A stretch of 64,000 nucleotides of DNA from an uncultured Treponemataceae bacterium (lineage in GTDB: Bacteria > Spirochaetota > Spirochaetia > Treponematales > Rectinemataceae), in the NCBI GenBank assembly GCA_964644505.1, contig CAZXXZ010000009.1, positions 4,366-68,365 on the forward strand. The letters run 5' to 3'. The notes under the pieces were generated by a model. It worked only from the letters and a program-made list of their open reading frames with translations, searched no databases and was not told where the DNA came from. A program made the position numbers and the translations under genes. Shown piece by piece: positions 9,248 to 18,585 of this stretch (within the stretch, counting starts at the first letter, position 1; each line of letters opens with the position of its first letter).

Positions 9248-10115
9248 ACCACCTCGGATAGACGAGGAACAGGACCGTCCTGACGATGAATGCGACGATC
9301 GCGTTCAGACACAGGAGCATGAACACCGATGCTACGAGAAGATCGGTGTTCCGTTCGAGCAGGGCGTCCATGAGCGAACTGCCGAGCCCCGGAAAAGAAA
9401 ATATAATCTCGGCTATGGTCACTCCGCCGATGATCGCCGGGACCTTTCCGGCCAGGTAGGGCAGAAAGCGGGGAATGCTCGAGGACAAAAGGTAGCCCGA
9501 GAGCGTCCCCGGGAGGGGAAAGAGCCTCCCCAGCGGCGTTCCGAGCGTTGAGAAGACCATCGCGTGGGTGGATTCTGCCTGCCTTCGCATGTCGGCCACG
9601 AGAAAGCGCGTAGCGTCCCAGCCCAAGCCCCCGGTGAAGACGGCGGCCGCCGCGATGAGAAAGAACGGCGCGTCGCTGCCGTAGTCCTTGCCGAGGACCC
9701 ACAGACCCACGAAGAGCGGCACGGCCGCGAGGCCGCAGGCTGCGAGCTTGAGCGGCGCTATGATCCTCGATTGGGCTTTCGAACCGTAGGCCCGCGAAAG
9801 ATGCTCGGCGCTCGTCGAGAGCGCCGCCCCAACGAAGGCCACGAAGGTCAGGAGAATCACCGAAGCCAGCGCGAGAGGCAAGGTGACCGCGGCGCCGGAG
9901 GCGATAATACGGCCGGCCGAAAATCCCGGATGCTCGGCCGAAAAATCGGGCGATCCGGAGAGCATGAGGAAGAAGGACCGTCCCGCCTCGGCGTAACTTT
10001 CGGCGCTCGAACCGATGGACGCGAGGTAGAGCGCCGAAAGCGCGGCAGTGCCCGCTATCGCGAACAAAAACCCTCTGAGCAGAAGCTCGTAGAGGAGAAA
10101 TTTCGCGACACGCAC
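9231..10115 (-). CDS. ABC transporter permease (DppB/OppB-like)
   Basis: 294 aa, multi-TM. Overlaps the next permease gene. Confidence 0.85.
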   Translation of the reverse strand: MRVAKFLLYELLLRGFLFAIAGTAALSALYLASIGSSAESYAEAGRSFFLMLSGSPDFSAEHPGFSAGRIIASGAAVTLPLALASVILLTFVAFVGAALSTSAEHLSRAYGSKAQSRIIAPLKLAACGLAAVPLFVGLWVLGKDYGSDAPFFLIAAAAVFTGGLGWDATRFLVADMRRQAESTHAMVFSTLGTPLGRLFPLPGTLSGYLLSSSIPRFLPYLAGKVPAIIGGVTIAEIIFSFPGLGSSLMDALLERNTDLLVASVFMLLCLNAIVAFIVRTVLFLVYPRWYEKAA

Positions 10116-10116
10116 C

Positions 10117-11724
10117 TCAACTACCCGCCAGCGACCAGTCTTCGGCCGAAAGGAAGGGGTTGTCCGAGGCGATCGCCACGTCCTTTATCCCCTTCGAGTA
10201 GACATCCTTTTCGAGCGTGCAGAGGTACACGGCCGGCGCGAGCTTTGAAACGCGGTCGTGGATGTTCCGCGTCGCCGCGACCCACTCCGAAGCGACGACC
10301 GAGCGGTCCCACTGATCCAGAAGTTCGTCGAGCTTGCTGTCTCCGATACCGTAGATGTTATTGCTCCCGTCCGATCGGTACCATTCGCGGAGATCGGAAT
10401 ACAAATTGTCGAAGCCGTCCGAGTAGACAAGGGCGAGCTCGTAGTTTTTTTCCGAGAAGACGAGTCTCTTGAAGACCTGGTCGCCCGTGCGCTTCGGCAC
10501 GACGGTCACGCCGATTCTTTTAAGCTGCGTAGCGACGCCCTCGGCCATCTTGGCGCCGAAATCGCCGAGCGAATCGGGAAATAAAAGATTCACCGACTTT
10601 CCGTTGATTCCGCCCGCGACCGCGAGCCGCTTGGCGAGGCTGATGTCGAGGGGGTTGGGATCGGGGAGCCGCGCGAGAGCGTATTCGGGGAGGTTGCGCT
10701 CGAAAATATCCGAGGGGAAGGGTCCGTAATTGATAACGACACCCTGTTGCCGGTCTGTTATCGAAGGCACGAGCGAAGACTTGTCGAGCGCGGCCGAGAG
10801 GGCGCGTCGTGCTTCGACCTTTTCGAAAAGCGGCGACTTGGCGTTGATCGCGATCTGGTAGAAAGCGTAGGGCATGTACCAGTTGATATCGATGCCCGGT
10901 ATCTTTTCGGCGACGGGCCGGTCGAGGGGCGAGGTCTCGAGAACGAGATTGACCCTCCCCTTCCGAAGCTCGTTCATACGGATAACCGGATCGACCATCT
11001 TGCGGATGACGAGGGTCGAGGCCTGCGGCGGCTTCTTGAAGTAGGTCGCGTTCGCCGCGAAGCTGAGCCACTTGCCGATTTCCCAGGACACCAGCTTGTA
11101 CGGCCCCGTGCCCACAGGCTCGACCGCGAAGAGCCTTTCCTTCTCGCCCGCGCGCAGGTTTTCGGAGAGCTGCGCGCCTTTGTATTTCGAAGGGATTATT
11201 TTGAAGGAAAGCACGGGATAGACGCGGAAGGGCGGTATGGGCCTTCGGAAGACGATGGCGACGGTCCAATCATCGATCGCCTTCACGCTCTCTATGAATG
11301 ACGAGAGATACTCTCGTTTCGGCGATCGGTTCTCGGGCAGGACATAGGCGTTGAACGAAAACACCACATCCTCCGCCGTAAATTGAGTGCCGTCGTGCCA
11401 CGAGACCTCGCGCAGCCGAACGGTGTAGGTTTTTTTGTCCCTCGGATCCTGCTCGATGCTCTCGGCGAGCGCAAGTTCGGAGCTTATGGCCCCCGAGGCT
11501 TGATCGACCTCGAAATTGACAAGGCCGTCGAATACGAGTTCGTCTGCGTTGAGACCGGCCGCATTCTGATCCAGGATAGGATTGAGGGAATCGGGCAGAT
11601 TTGCCGTGCCCACGACGATGCCCTTGGGCTCGGGCTTCCACAAGAGGGCGAGCGCCGCGGCCGAGAGGGCCAAGGCCCCGGCCGCCGCTATGATGACGAT
11701 ATTCCGCTTCTTCATGAAAATCAC
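10117..11724 (-). CDS. ABC transporter substrate-binding protein, family 5 (peptide/nickel/oligosaccharide type)
   Basis: 535 aa with a signal anchor and family-5 SBP-like sequence throughout. Alternative ATG start at 11715 (MKKRN). Confidence 0.9.
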   Translation of the reverse strand: MIFMKKRNIVIIAAAGALALSAAALALLWKPEPKGIVVGTANLPDSLNPILDQNAAGLNADELVFDGLVNFEVDQASGAISSELALAESIEQDPRDKKTYTVRLREVSWHDGTQFTAEDVVFSFNAYVLPENRSPKREYLSSFIESVKAIDDWTVAIVFRRPIPPFRVYPVLSFKIIPSKYKGAQLSENLRAGEKERLFAVEPVGTGPYKLVSWEIGKWLSFAANATYFKKPPQASTLVIRKMVDPVIRMNELRKGRVNLVLETSPLDRPVAEKIPGIDINWYMPYAFYQIAINAKSPLFEKVEARRALSAALDKSSLVPSITDRQQGVVINYGPFPSDIFERNLPEYALARLPDPNPLDISLAKRLAVAGGINGKSVNLLFPDSLGDFGAKMAEGVATQLKRIGVTVVPKRTGDQVFKRLVFSEKNYELALVYSDGFDNLYSDLREWYRSDGSNNIYGIGDSKLDELLDQWDRSVVASEWVAATRNIHDRVSKLAPAVYLCTLEKDVYSKGIKDVAIASDNPFLSAEDWSLAGS

Positions 11725-13217
11725 CTCTGCCGCGCTATGAATGAGCTGTAAATGACGACCTCGCCTTGATACGCAGCCTGCTTGCCCTCCTGCACTTCAA
11801 TAAAGTACAGGCCCGAGGGAAGCTGCGCTCCGGCGTTGAGCACGGGCCAGGACTTCCCGACCTTGTAGCTCCTGTTGACGAGATCCTTGATGCCGTTCTT
11901 TCCGATGAGCGATCCGGACTTCGTGTTTTCGGCGAAAACCCTGATCGTCCTCTCGTCGCCGACCGTGACGACAAGATCGTTCATCGCGCCCTTGGCGATC
12001 TCCTCCATGCCCCACCAGTACTCGGGGCCGCCGCTGGTCGCGCCGCGGAACACGGCCGGGCGGCTCTTCTGGTCGTTGCCCTTGGTCCCCGGCTGGGGGT
12101 TGAAGAGGCCGATGAGGAGCGGCGACACGGGCTTGCCGCGGCTCGCGATTTCCTTCGCCGTGCGGATCTCGGCCTCGACCCTCGCGATACGCGTCTCGAG
12201 TTCCTTGCGCTGCGCGTCGACCTCGGCGAGCATGGCCGAATCGATGACCGCAGGGAATCGTTCGTGGAAGAGCTTGAGTTCCTGATACTCTTTTTCGATA
12301 TTCGCCTTCTTCTCCGACTCGAAGGCGAGCATCTCTTCTTTTGTCATCGTCCCCACTTTATCGCCCTCGGGGACGCGGGCGAATTCCTCGCCGATGCGGT
12401 CCTTGAAGGAGTACTGTCGTTCGCGCAGGCGTCTCTCCATCTCGATGCGCGAGTCTTGCCGCTTCTTTTTTATCCGCGCAGACTCGGCGCTCACGGCCGC
12501 GGTCTCGGAAACGCCCTCGCGTTGGGCGGATTCGAGGAGCGCAGACTCGGCCTTCGCATACGAGGCGGCCGCGCTCTCGTAAAGACCTATTTTCGTGTAG
12601 AACTCCTCCTCCGAACGAGCCTTTTCGAGGGTCTCGTCGGCCTTGCCCGTCGAACGCTGAGCCGTCAGAAGGAGATCTGCCTCCTTGAGCATGAGCGGTA
12701 GCTGATATACGTCGCCGTAGTCGTTGACGGCAGACTGGGCAAGCTCTCGGGCGCTCGAGGTTCGGCGCGCGTCGAGAAGGGCGCGCACCCGGTCGGCTGC
12801 GGTCTTCGCAGCCTTGTCGCGAAGCTCGGGCGAAATCTTGAGCTCGGGCGGGAACGAGTCCAAAGCCTTGCGCGCCCGGCCGTAGGCCGCATCGAACTTG
12901 GCCTGCTCTTCGATTTTCGCGGCAGCAGCCGCGTCGAGGTCGTTGTTCAGTCCCGCGTATGCGTCGATATAGCCCACATATTTCGCTCGCGTGGCGGCGT
13001 CTTGAATCTGGTTCCAGCTCTCGCGGGCGGCCTCGGGCTCCTTCTTGTTCCAGGCATCGCGGCCCCGGGTGATAAGTTTGTCATCGGGCAGGGCCTGAAC
13101 ATTTTTCGTAGCGCCCTGCGGCGCCGTCTGGCAGGAGAAGACCATCGTGGCGGCGATCAAAACGACCGCAGTCACGGAAATCAGCGCAGCGACACCGCCG
13201 CGGAAAGACTTACTCAT
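11721..13217 (-). CDS. Coiled-coil lipoprotein, unknown function
   Basis: 498 aa. Signal plus lipobox-like VFSC, long Ala/Glu/Lys/Arg-rich helical region, C-terminal beta-rich domain. Overlaps both neighbouring genes (8 nt upstream, 4 nt downstream). Confidence 0.7.
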   Translation of the reverse strand: MSKSFRGGVAALISVTAVVLIAATMVFSCQTAPQGATKNVQALPDDKLITRGRDAWNKKEPEAARESWNQIQDAATRAKYVGYIDAYAGLNNDLDAAAAAKIEEQAKFDAAYGRARKALDSFPPELKISPELRDKAAKTAADRVRALLDARRTSSARELAQSAVNDYGDVYQLPLMLKEADLLLTAQRSTGKADETLEKARSEEEFYTKIGLYESAAASYAKAESALLESAQREGVSETAAVSAESARIKKKRQDSRIEMERRLRERQYSFKDRIGEEFARVPEGDKVGTMTKEEMLAFESEKKANIEKEYQELKLFHERFPAVIDSAMLAEVDAQRKELETRIARVEAEIRTAKEIASRGKPVSPLLIGLFNPQPGTKGNDQKSRPAVFRGATSGGPEYWWGMEEIAKGAMNDLVVTVGDERTIRVFAENTKSGSLIGKNGIKDLVNRSYKVGKSWPVLNAGAQLPSGLYFIEVQEGKQAAYQGEVVIYSSFIARQR

Positions 13218-14820
13218 GCTGGACCTCCATCACAAGTCTGAACCCCACGTCGGGGTATCCCTTCGCCGCGTCCAGGCTGCGCCTATTGGAGACGCGAAGC
13301 TCGTTCGGGCCGTCCATCCAGGAACCGCCCTTTACAATGTAGTACACGCCGGGGCTTCCGTCAGAGGCGGGACTCGTCGACGTCCACTGCCAGACATTGC
13401 CCGCCATGTCATAAAGACCGTAGGCGTTTTTTCCGGCTTTGAAACTTCCGACCGGCGAAGGGCCGTCGAAGCTGCCGTTGCCGTTGTAGTTCGCAAGAGC
13501 CCCGGATGTCGGCGACTGATCGCCCCAGGGGAAAATAGAGTCGGCTCCGCCACGCGCCGCGCGCTCCCACTCCTCCTCGGTCGGAAGGCGCTTGGGTTTG
13601 CCGAAGCGGGCCGAAAGCCATTCCGCGAAACGCTTAGCGTCCTCGACGCTCACGCCGATGACAGGCTGATCGGGAGCCCCGTAGTCGGGATGATCGATGA
13701 ACTCGGGATAGGACGAGGCGGGAGCGCCCGTATCTTCGAGAAATGCACGGTACTGGGCGTTGGTCACGGGATAACGGTCCATCAAAAAAGCGGCGACCTC
13801 GGCCTTCCGCGGCGCCTCCTTCTTCCTGTCGGCCTTGCGATCCTGCGGGACGGCGCCCGCGTTAAACGATCCGCCGGGAACGCGCACCATGTCGTAGAAC
13901 GATGCTTCGATGTCCTCGAAGAAAAGATATGAAAAACTCGCACCCGACTTGGCGTCCAACAAGGCTAAAAACTCGGAAGAAGGATCTATCGCGGCGAATG
14001 CAGTAGAGACTTCAAGACTTACGCGATGATCCGTGAGCTTCGAGCCTCCGACGAAGGATACATGGGCCGTGCCCTTATCATCGAAGACCAAGGTGCTTCG
14101 CTCGGACAGTCCGGATTCGCTTTTCCATCGAACGAACGCCCTCGCACCCGCAACAGAAAGACCGTCTTTAGAAACGAGCGTAACCGTCATCGAAGTGTCG
14201 GCATCGATAAGGCCGGATTTAGGCTCGGCCTTGAAAGCCAGACCGGACACGACATTCCTGCAATATTCCTTGACGCGGTCGACAAACAGTTTTTCGCTGT
14301 TTTCCGACTCGGTTAATATGGTGTACAAACCTTCCTGCGATACGCGATCGATGATGCGCACGGCGGCCGAAAGACGATCGGAAAGCGGCATCTTCGCGTC
14401 TGTGGTAATACCGGCAAGACGAGACTGAAGCTCCGAACGGATCGCCGAGCGGCGGGAAGCCTCGATGGTTTCCCATTCCGTAAGGGGAATTTTCACGACG
14501 ACACGGTATGTCCCTTCTTTTTTTTCTTTTATAAAGGGCTTGAGTTCCGGAAGCACGGCGGACTTCTTCATCTCGTCGGTCACGGAAAAACTATCCGCCG
14601 CCTTTCCTGAAGAATACGCAAGACCGTTCGAACGCAGATTGTCGCGCGCTGCGGCGAGAGCCTGATCGAAGGTCGGCCCGACTCCCGATCCATACAGGTA
14701 GGCGGGATCCCGTTCGAAGGAATCGAAACGGGCGCTAGCACATGACGTCGATACTACGGCGACAACAATGCCCAGGACTGCGATCCCCAGCATCCGTGTG
14801 ATACTCACGTACAATTTCAT
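13210..14820 (-). CDS. Lipoprotein with a C-terminal formylglycine-generating-enzyme (SUMF1/FGE-sulfatase, C-type-lectin-fold) domain
   Basis: C-terminal motifs RYPVTNAQYRAFL, RLPTEEEWERAARGG, YGLYDMAGNVWQW, VKGGSW. I trimmed the track ORF (13210-14964) to the internal ATG at 14820, which gives MKLYVSITRMLGIAVLGIVVAVVSTSC (signal plus lipobox). Confidence 0.85.
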   Translation of the reverse strand: MKLYVSITRMLGIAVLGIVVAVVSTSCASARFDSFERDPAYLYGSGVGPTFDQALAAARDNLRSNGLAYSSGKAADSFSVTDEMKKSAVLPELKPFIKEKKEGTYRVVVKIPLTEWETIEASRRSAIRSELQSRLAGITTDAKMPLSDRLSAAVRIIDRVSQEGLYTILTESENSEKLFVDRVKEYCRNVVSGLAFKAEPKSGLIDADTSMTVTLVSKDGLSVAGARAFVRWKSESGLSERSTLVFDDKGTAHVSFVGGSKLTDHRVSLEVSTAFAAIDPSSEFLALLDAKSGASFSYLFFEDIEASFYDMVRVPGGSFNAGAVPQDRKADRKKEAPRKAEVAAFLMDRYPVTNAQYRAFLEDTGAPASSYPEFIDHPDYGAPDQPVIGVSVEDAKRFAEWLSARFGKPKRLPTEEEWERAARGGADSIFPWGDQSPTSGALANYNGNGSFDGPSPVGSFKAGKNAYGLYDMAGNVWQWTSTSPASDGSPGVYYIVKGGSWMDGPNELRVSNRRSLDAAKGYPDVGFRLVMEVQHE

Positions 14821-14994
14821 CGATACTACTCCTGATGCTGTGTGCATCATGATATTTATGCAAGTTCCATGCCATAATGAAGACTGAAGAAAATACAGTG
14901 TATTTATTGAATATTTTGACGTTTTATTCTGTTCTAAAGGGCACTGACAGTGGTCTTGCAACAATTTTTGTTATTTTCGATTACGCTTTTGTAA

Positions 14995-15089
14995 GTTCCT
15001 CGAAGCTTGTTGTACCCCTCCAGATGCCCAAGGCACATGTCCGCTTCTCTGCCTTGGAGTAGGCGCAACAAGATTCGAGGAAGCCCCGA
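14995..15089. repeat. Long imperfect inverted repeat / nested hairpin just 3' of asnA; member of the CCTC...GAGG..CCCC repeat family
   Basis: CCTCGAAGCTTGTTGT (14998-15013) pairs with GCAACAAGATTCGAGG (15065-15080), 14 of 16 positions. Inner pair CCAAGGCA/TGCCTTGG. Ends with GAGGAAGCCCC. Confidence 0.5.
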
Positions 15090-16106
15090 TCACAGGAGGG
15101 GAATGCCTGCCTTCGCGCACTCCTCGCGCATGGACTCGGGCCAGATCCCGACTTGTATTTCGCCGATATGGGCCTTTCTGAGAATGTACATACATAGCCG
15201 CGACTGACCGATACCGCCGCCGATCGAAAGCGGAAGGCGTCCTGCGAGTAGTTCTTTGTGAAAGTATAATTTTCTCCGCTCTTCCTTGCCGCTTATTTTG
15301 AGCTGGCGCTCGAGCGCGGGAATATCCACGCGTATTCCCATGGACGATAGTTCGAAGGAGCGGCCGAGAACCTCGTTCCAGACGAGGATGTCTCCGTTGA
15401 GGCCTTTATGTCCCTCGGTCGTGGGCGTGCTCCAGTCATCGTAGTCGGGCGCTCGGCCGTCGTGGGGTCTGCCGTCTGCGAGCTCTCCTCCGATTCCGAT
15501 GATGAACACGGCGCCGTATTCTTTCGCGAGAGCGTCCTCCCGTTCGCGGGGGCTCTTCCCTGGATAGCGGGCGAGGGCGTCTTCGGCATGCACGAAGGTT
15601 ATTTCCTCGGGTAGTTCGAGGGGGAGAACCGGATAGAGATCGTGCATCCGGAACTCGAGACGCTTGATGGCCGCGAAAATCTTGCGAACCACCAGCTTCA
15701 GGAAATCGAGATTCCGTTCCGACTCGTCGATGACACGCTCCCAGTCCCATTGATCCACATAGAGCGAGTGAATCGCATCGAGTGTCTCGTCGGCCCTGAT
15801 CGCGTTCATGTCGGTATAGAGCCCGAAGCCTCTTTTGAAGCCGTATTCCGCGAGCGCGAGGCGCTTCCACTTCGCGAGGGAGTGCACCACCTCGGCACGT
15901 TCATCGCCGAGCGCCTTGACGGGGAAGGAAACGGGCCGTTCGACGCCGTTGAGGTCGTCGTTGATGCCGGTGCCCGCGAGAACAAAAAGAGGCGCCGTCA
16001 CCCTGGTCAGGTTGAGTTCTGTGGCGAGGTTCAGCTGGAAAAAATCCTTAATTTCTTTTATTGCGCGCTCGGTCTCCCGCACGCCGAGCAGAGGCTGGTA
16101 CGACAT
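15090..16106 (-). CDS. asnA: Aspartate--ammonia ligase (asparagine synthetase A)
   Basis: AsnA-like from MSYQPLLGVRETERAIKEIKDFF. I trimmed the track ORF (to 16292) to the ATG at 16106, which is preceded by GAGGGGAG and gives a 338-aa product. Confidence 0.9.
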   Translation of the reverse strand: MSYQPLLGVRETERAIKEIKDFFQLNLATELNLTRVTAPLFVLAGTGINDDLNGVERPVSFPVKALGDERAEVVHSLAKWKRLALAEYGFKRGFGLYTDMNAIRADETLDAIHSLYVDQWDWERVIDESERNLDFLKLVVRKIFAAIKRLEFRMHDLYPVLPLELPEEITFVHAEDALARYPGKSPREREDALAKEYGAVFIIGIGGELADGRPHDGRAPDYDDWSTPTTEGHKGLNGDILVWNEVLGRSFELSSMGIRVDIPALERQLKISGKEERRKLYFHKELLAGRLPLSIGGGIGQSRLCMYILRKAHIGEIQVGIWPESMREECAKAGIPLL

Positions 16107-16284
16107 GATTCTCCCCTCGTATGATGTTTTTATTCGTACATCTCGACGATAGTCATGGATGAGCGGTTCGATGTCAATATGCACATTTAATGACAACGTC
16201 GAAAAAGATTGATTGCAAAACTCAGAAATATGCGGGATTATCAAAGAGAGCGCGATCGATGTCAACGACGGGGGTGTCATCGTT

Positions 16285-18456
16285 ATGAACATCGGGCTTA
16301 GCGTGCTTTTTGCATTAGCCCTGGCAACCGCCCTGCTCTTCGCTTCGCTCTACCTTCTTGAACGTTCCCGCTGCATCCGGAACCGCAGTGTACTCATCCA
16401 CGAACTTGCGGCTATGGCGGAGCCTTTGGCCAAGGTCTCGTTCGGTATTCTGAGTCAGAGGATGGAGAGCTCGAGGGAGACTCCCCGTCTCGATAAACAG
16501 GTTTCCGAGGTCCTGGCGACGATCCGCGCCAATTTCAACAGAATCACCAGCGAACCCTTGAACCGTCTGTTCTACATCGGGACGGACGCATGGCTCGACG
16601 GCATCGCCTGTGCACGATGTATCGGAGACGAACTCGGCGGGAAGGGCGCGGTCGCGGTCGTCGTGACCTCGAGCCTCGGTGTGCTGAAGATGGCGCAGCG
16701 GTACCGCAGCTTTGTCACATGCATGGCGAAGGAGTATCCCGGTATTCGGGTGACAGAAACCCTCGAAGCACGGGCCGACGCCTCCAGGACACGCCAATTC
16801 GTCCGCGAGCGGGCGGCCGGAATCGATGCGCTGTATGTGACCGGTAATTCCATGGCCGGTGGCGCGGCGCAGGGCATTGCGGACGCCGGAAGGGCCGGTT
16901 CGGTTTTCATGCTCTGCCACGACATCGACGAATCGATCGTCAAATATCTCCGCGAAGGAACAATCTCCGCGACCGTCGCCTGCAGTTCCTACGCCCAGGG
17001 GCGCGACTCGGTCATCGGTCTTTTCAATCATATTGTCTCGGCCTGGAACCCGATCCAGACGCGCATGATGGTCGAACTCAAGATCGTAAAGCGCGGGGAT
17101 ATAGAAACATACTGGGATGATTCTGCCCACGAACCGCTGCGCACCGCTCCCTTCGCGCCGACGGGTATCACACCGATCAGGGCAGCCGATCGGGAGATCC
17201 GCATTCTCGTATTCTGCGAAGATTGGAACCAGTTCGTCGCACAGACCAAGGCGGGCGTCTCCATGGCGGCCGAGATACTTCGAAGCTACAAGGCCTGCAT
17301 CATCGAGCACACCCTCAATCAAATCAAACGGCCGCCCCATGAAGTTATAGCCGAAGCGGAGGCGGTGATTTCAGCCGAGAGAGCGAAAGGACTCGACGGC
17401 ATCGTGTCCTTCGTCGGTATCGAGGACATGGTTCCCGTGCTCAATCGCGCCGCGGCGGCAGGCATTCCCATCGCGACCTTCGATTCGGAACCCTTGAGCC
17501 TCAGGAGCATGATCCAATGGCTGCTCCAGAGCGCGAAGCAGCTTGACCGTTTTTCCGGCGAGTACGAGGCCGGCCATCTGGAAATCGACCAGGCTATGCA
17601 CGAGACCCTGCCCGCGATCGAAGCGATGGTCGGCAGAGCCAACGAGGAGGCGCGTCTTGCGCGGGATGGGGCCGATTCGGTCGCCAAGCTCTCGTCCTTG
17701 ATCGACAGAACTTCGGAAGAAGAACAAGGGCAGGCGAACACCGTGCAGAGCTCGGCCGAGATAGCGGACAAGCTCTCGGAAATGGTCGCCTTTCTCGAGA
17801 CGCGCGTCGAGGGCCTGCGCGATATGGGGGCGCAGGTCAGGATTTCATCCGAGAAGGCGCAGCGGCTCCGCGGTTACAGCGACAAGATCCAATCGATTAT
17901 CGGCATCATCGACGACATCGCCGAACGGACGAATATCCTGGCCTTCAACGCCGCAATCGAGGCGACACATGCGGGAGACAAGGGTCGGGGCTTCAAGGTC
18001 ATCTCGGGAGAGATTCGATCGCTGGCGGACAAATCAGTTTCATCGACACGGGACATCGCCCTCCTCATAGACGAGATGCGGAGAGCGATCTCCGACGACA
18101 TCGAGGCGAACTCACGTTCGCTCGAGATCGTCGAAGAACAGATCTCGCTGATCAGCGATGCGTCGTCTACGCTCGCGGAGCTCTCCGGCAGGCTCCAGCA
18201 GATGATGGAAAAAGTGCGCGACGCTGTCGAGCGCAACACAAAGGCCATCGAGGACATGAGGAACTCGGCACTGAGCATGAATAAAGTCGTCTCCGAAAAC
18301 TCGCGTATCTCGACCGACAACAGCGCGGCGATGGAATCGATCGGCGGGGCCTTCACCGAGATCAGCGCGCAGTTCGCCGAGATGAGTCGGCAGACGGCGC
18401 AACTTAAACAGCTCGTTACGGTCCTCGAGGGTACGGTTTCCGCTTTCAGCTCATAA
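16285..18456 (+). CDS. Methyl-accepting chemotaxis protein with one N-terminal TM segment and PBP1 (sugar-binding/LacI-like) sensor domains
   Basis: MCP signalling hairpin ILAFNAAIEATHAGDKGRGFKVISGEIRSLADKS. PBP1-like region from about aa 90 to 420. Start taken at the internal ATG 16285 (MNIGLSVLFALALATALLF); the track start is 16213. Confidence 0.9.
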   Translation: MNIGLSVLFALALATALLFASLYLLERSRCIRNRSVLIHELAAMAEPLAKVSFGILSQRMESSRETPRLDKQVSEVLATIRANFNRITSEPLNRLFYIGTDAWLDGIACARCIGDELGGKGAVAVVVTSSLGVLKMAQRYRSFVTCMAKEYPGIRVTETLEARADASRTRQFVRERAAGIDALYVTGNSMAGGAAQGIADAGRAGSVFMLCHDIDESIVKYLREGTISATVACSSYAQGRDSVIGLFNHIVSAWNPIQTRMMVELKIVKRGDIETYWDDSAHEPLRTAPFAPTGITPIRAADREIRILVFCEDWNQFVAQTKAGVSMAAEILRSYKACIIEHTLNQIKRPPHEVIAEAEAVISAERAKGLDGIVSFVGIEDMVPVLNRAAAAGIPIATFDSEPLSLRSMIQWLLQSAKQLDRFSGEYEAGHLEIDQAMHETLPAIEAMVGRANEEARLARDGADSVAKLSSLIDRTSEEEQGQANTVQSSAEIADKLSEMVAFLETRVEGLRDMGAQVRISSEKAQRLRGYSDKIQSIIGIIDDIAERTNILAFNAAIEATHAGDKGRGFKVISGEIRSLADKSVSSTRDIALLIDEMRRAISDDIEANSRSLEIVEEQISLISDASSTLAELSGRLQQMMEKVRDAVERNTKAIEDMRNSALSMNKVVSENSRISTDNSAAMESIGGAFTEISAQFAEMSRQTAQLKQLVTVLEGTVSAFSS

Positions 18457-18458
18457 AA

Positions 18459-18495
18459 GGGAACCTCTAAAACCTGGTTGGTTTTTCGAGGTCCC
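18459..18495. repeat. Palindromic intergenic repeat (GGGAACCTCTAAAACC-loop-GGTTTTTCGAGGTCCCC), possible terminator of the MCP gene
   Basis: Imperfect hairpin starting 3 nt after the MCP stop codon. Related copies at 41015-41052, 41091-41123 and 25261-25302. Confidence 0.5.
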
Positions 18496-18556
18496 CACAA
18501 CGAAGTGCCTCGAAGCTTGTTGTGCGTCAGCGCAAGCTGTCCACTCGTCCTTTGTC

Positions 18557-18585
18557 TTGACAGCGCAGGACTGATCGGGTATTCT
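18557..18585 (+). promoter_or_regulatory. Candidate sigma70-type promoter (TTGACA-17 nt-TATTCT) for the second LacI gene
   Basis: TTGACA at 18557-18562, TATTCT at 18580-18585, with a 17-nt spacer. Followed by the palindrome GTGCCAtcgtTGGCAC (18591-18606). Confidence 0.45.

Noticed and set aside
13210-13700. Possible diversity-generating retroelement target. FGE/C-type-lectin-fold C-termini are classic DGR variable regions, for example Treponema denticola TvpA.
   Set aside because: No reverse transcriptase gene is present in the window. I found no second near-identical copy (template repeat) of the 3' end of this gene. The gene is embedded in a tightly coupled ABC operon.
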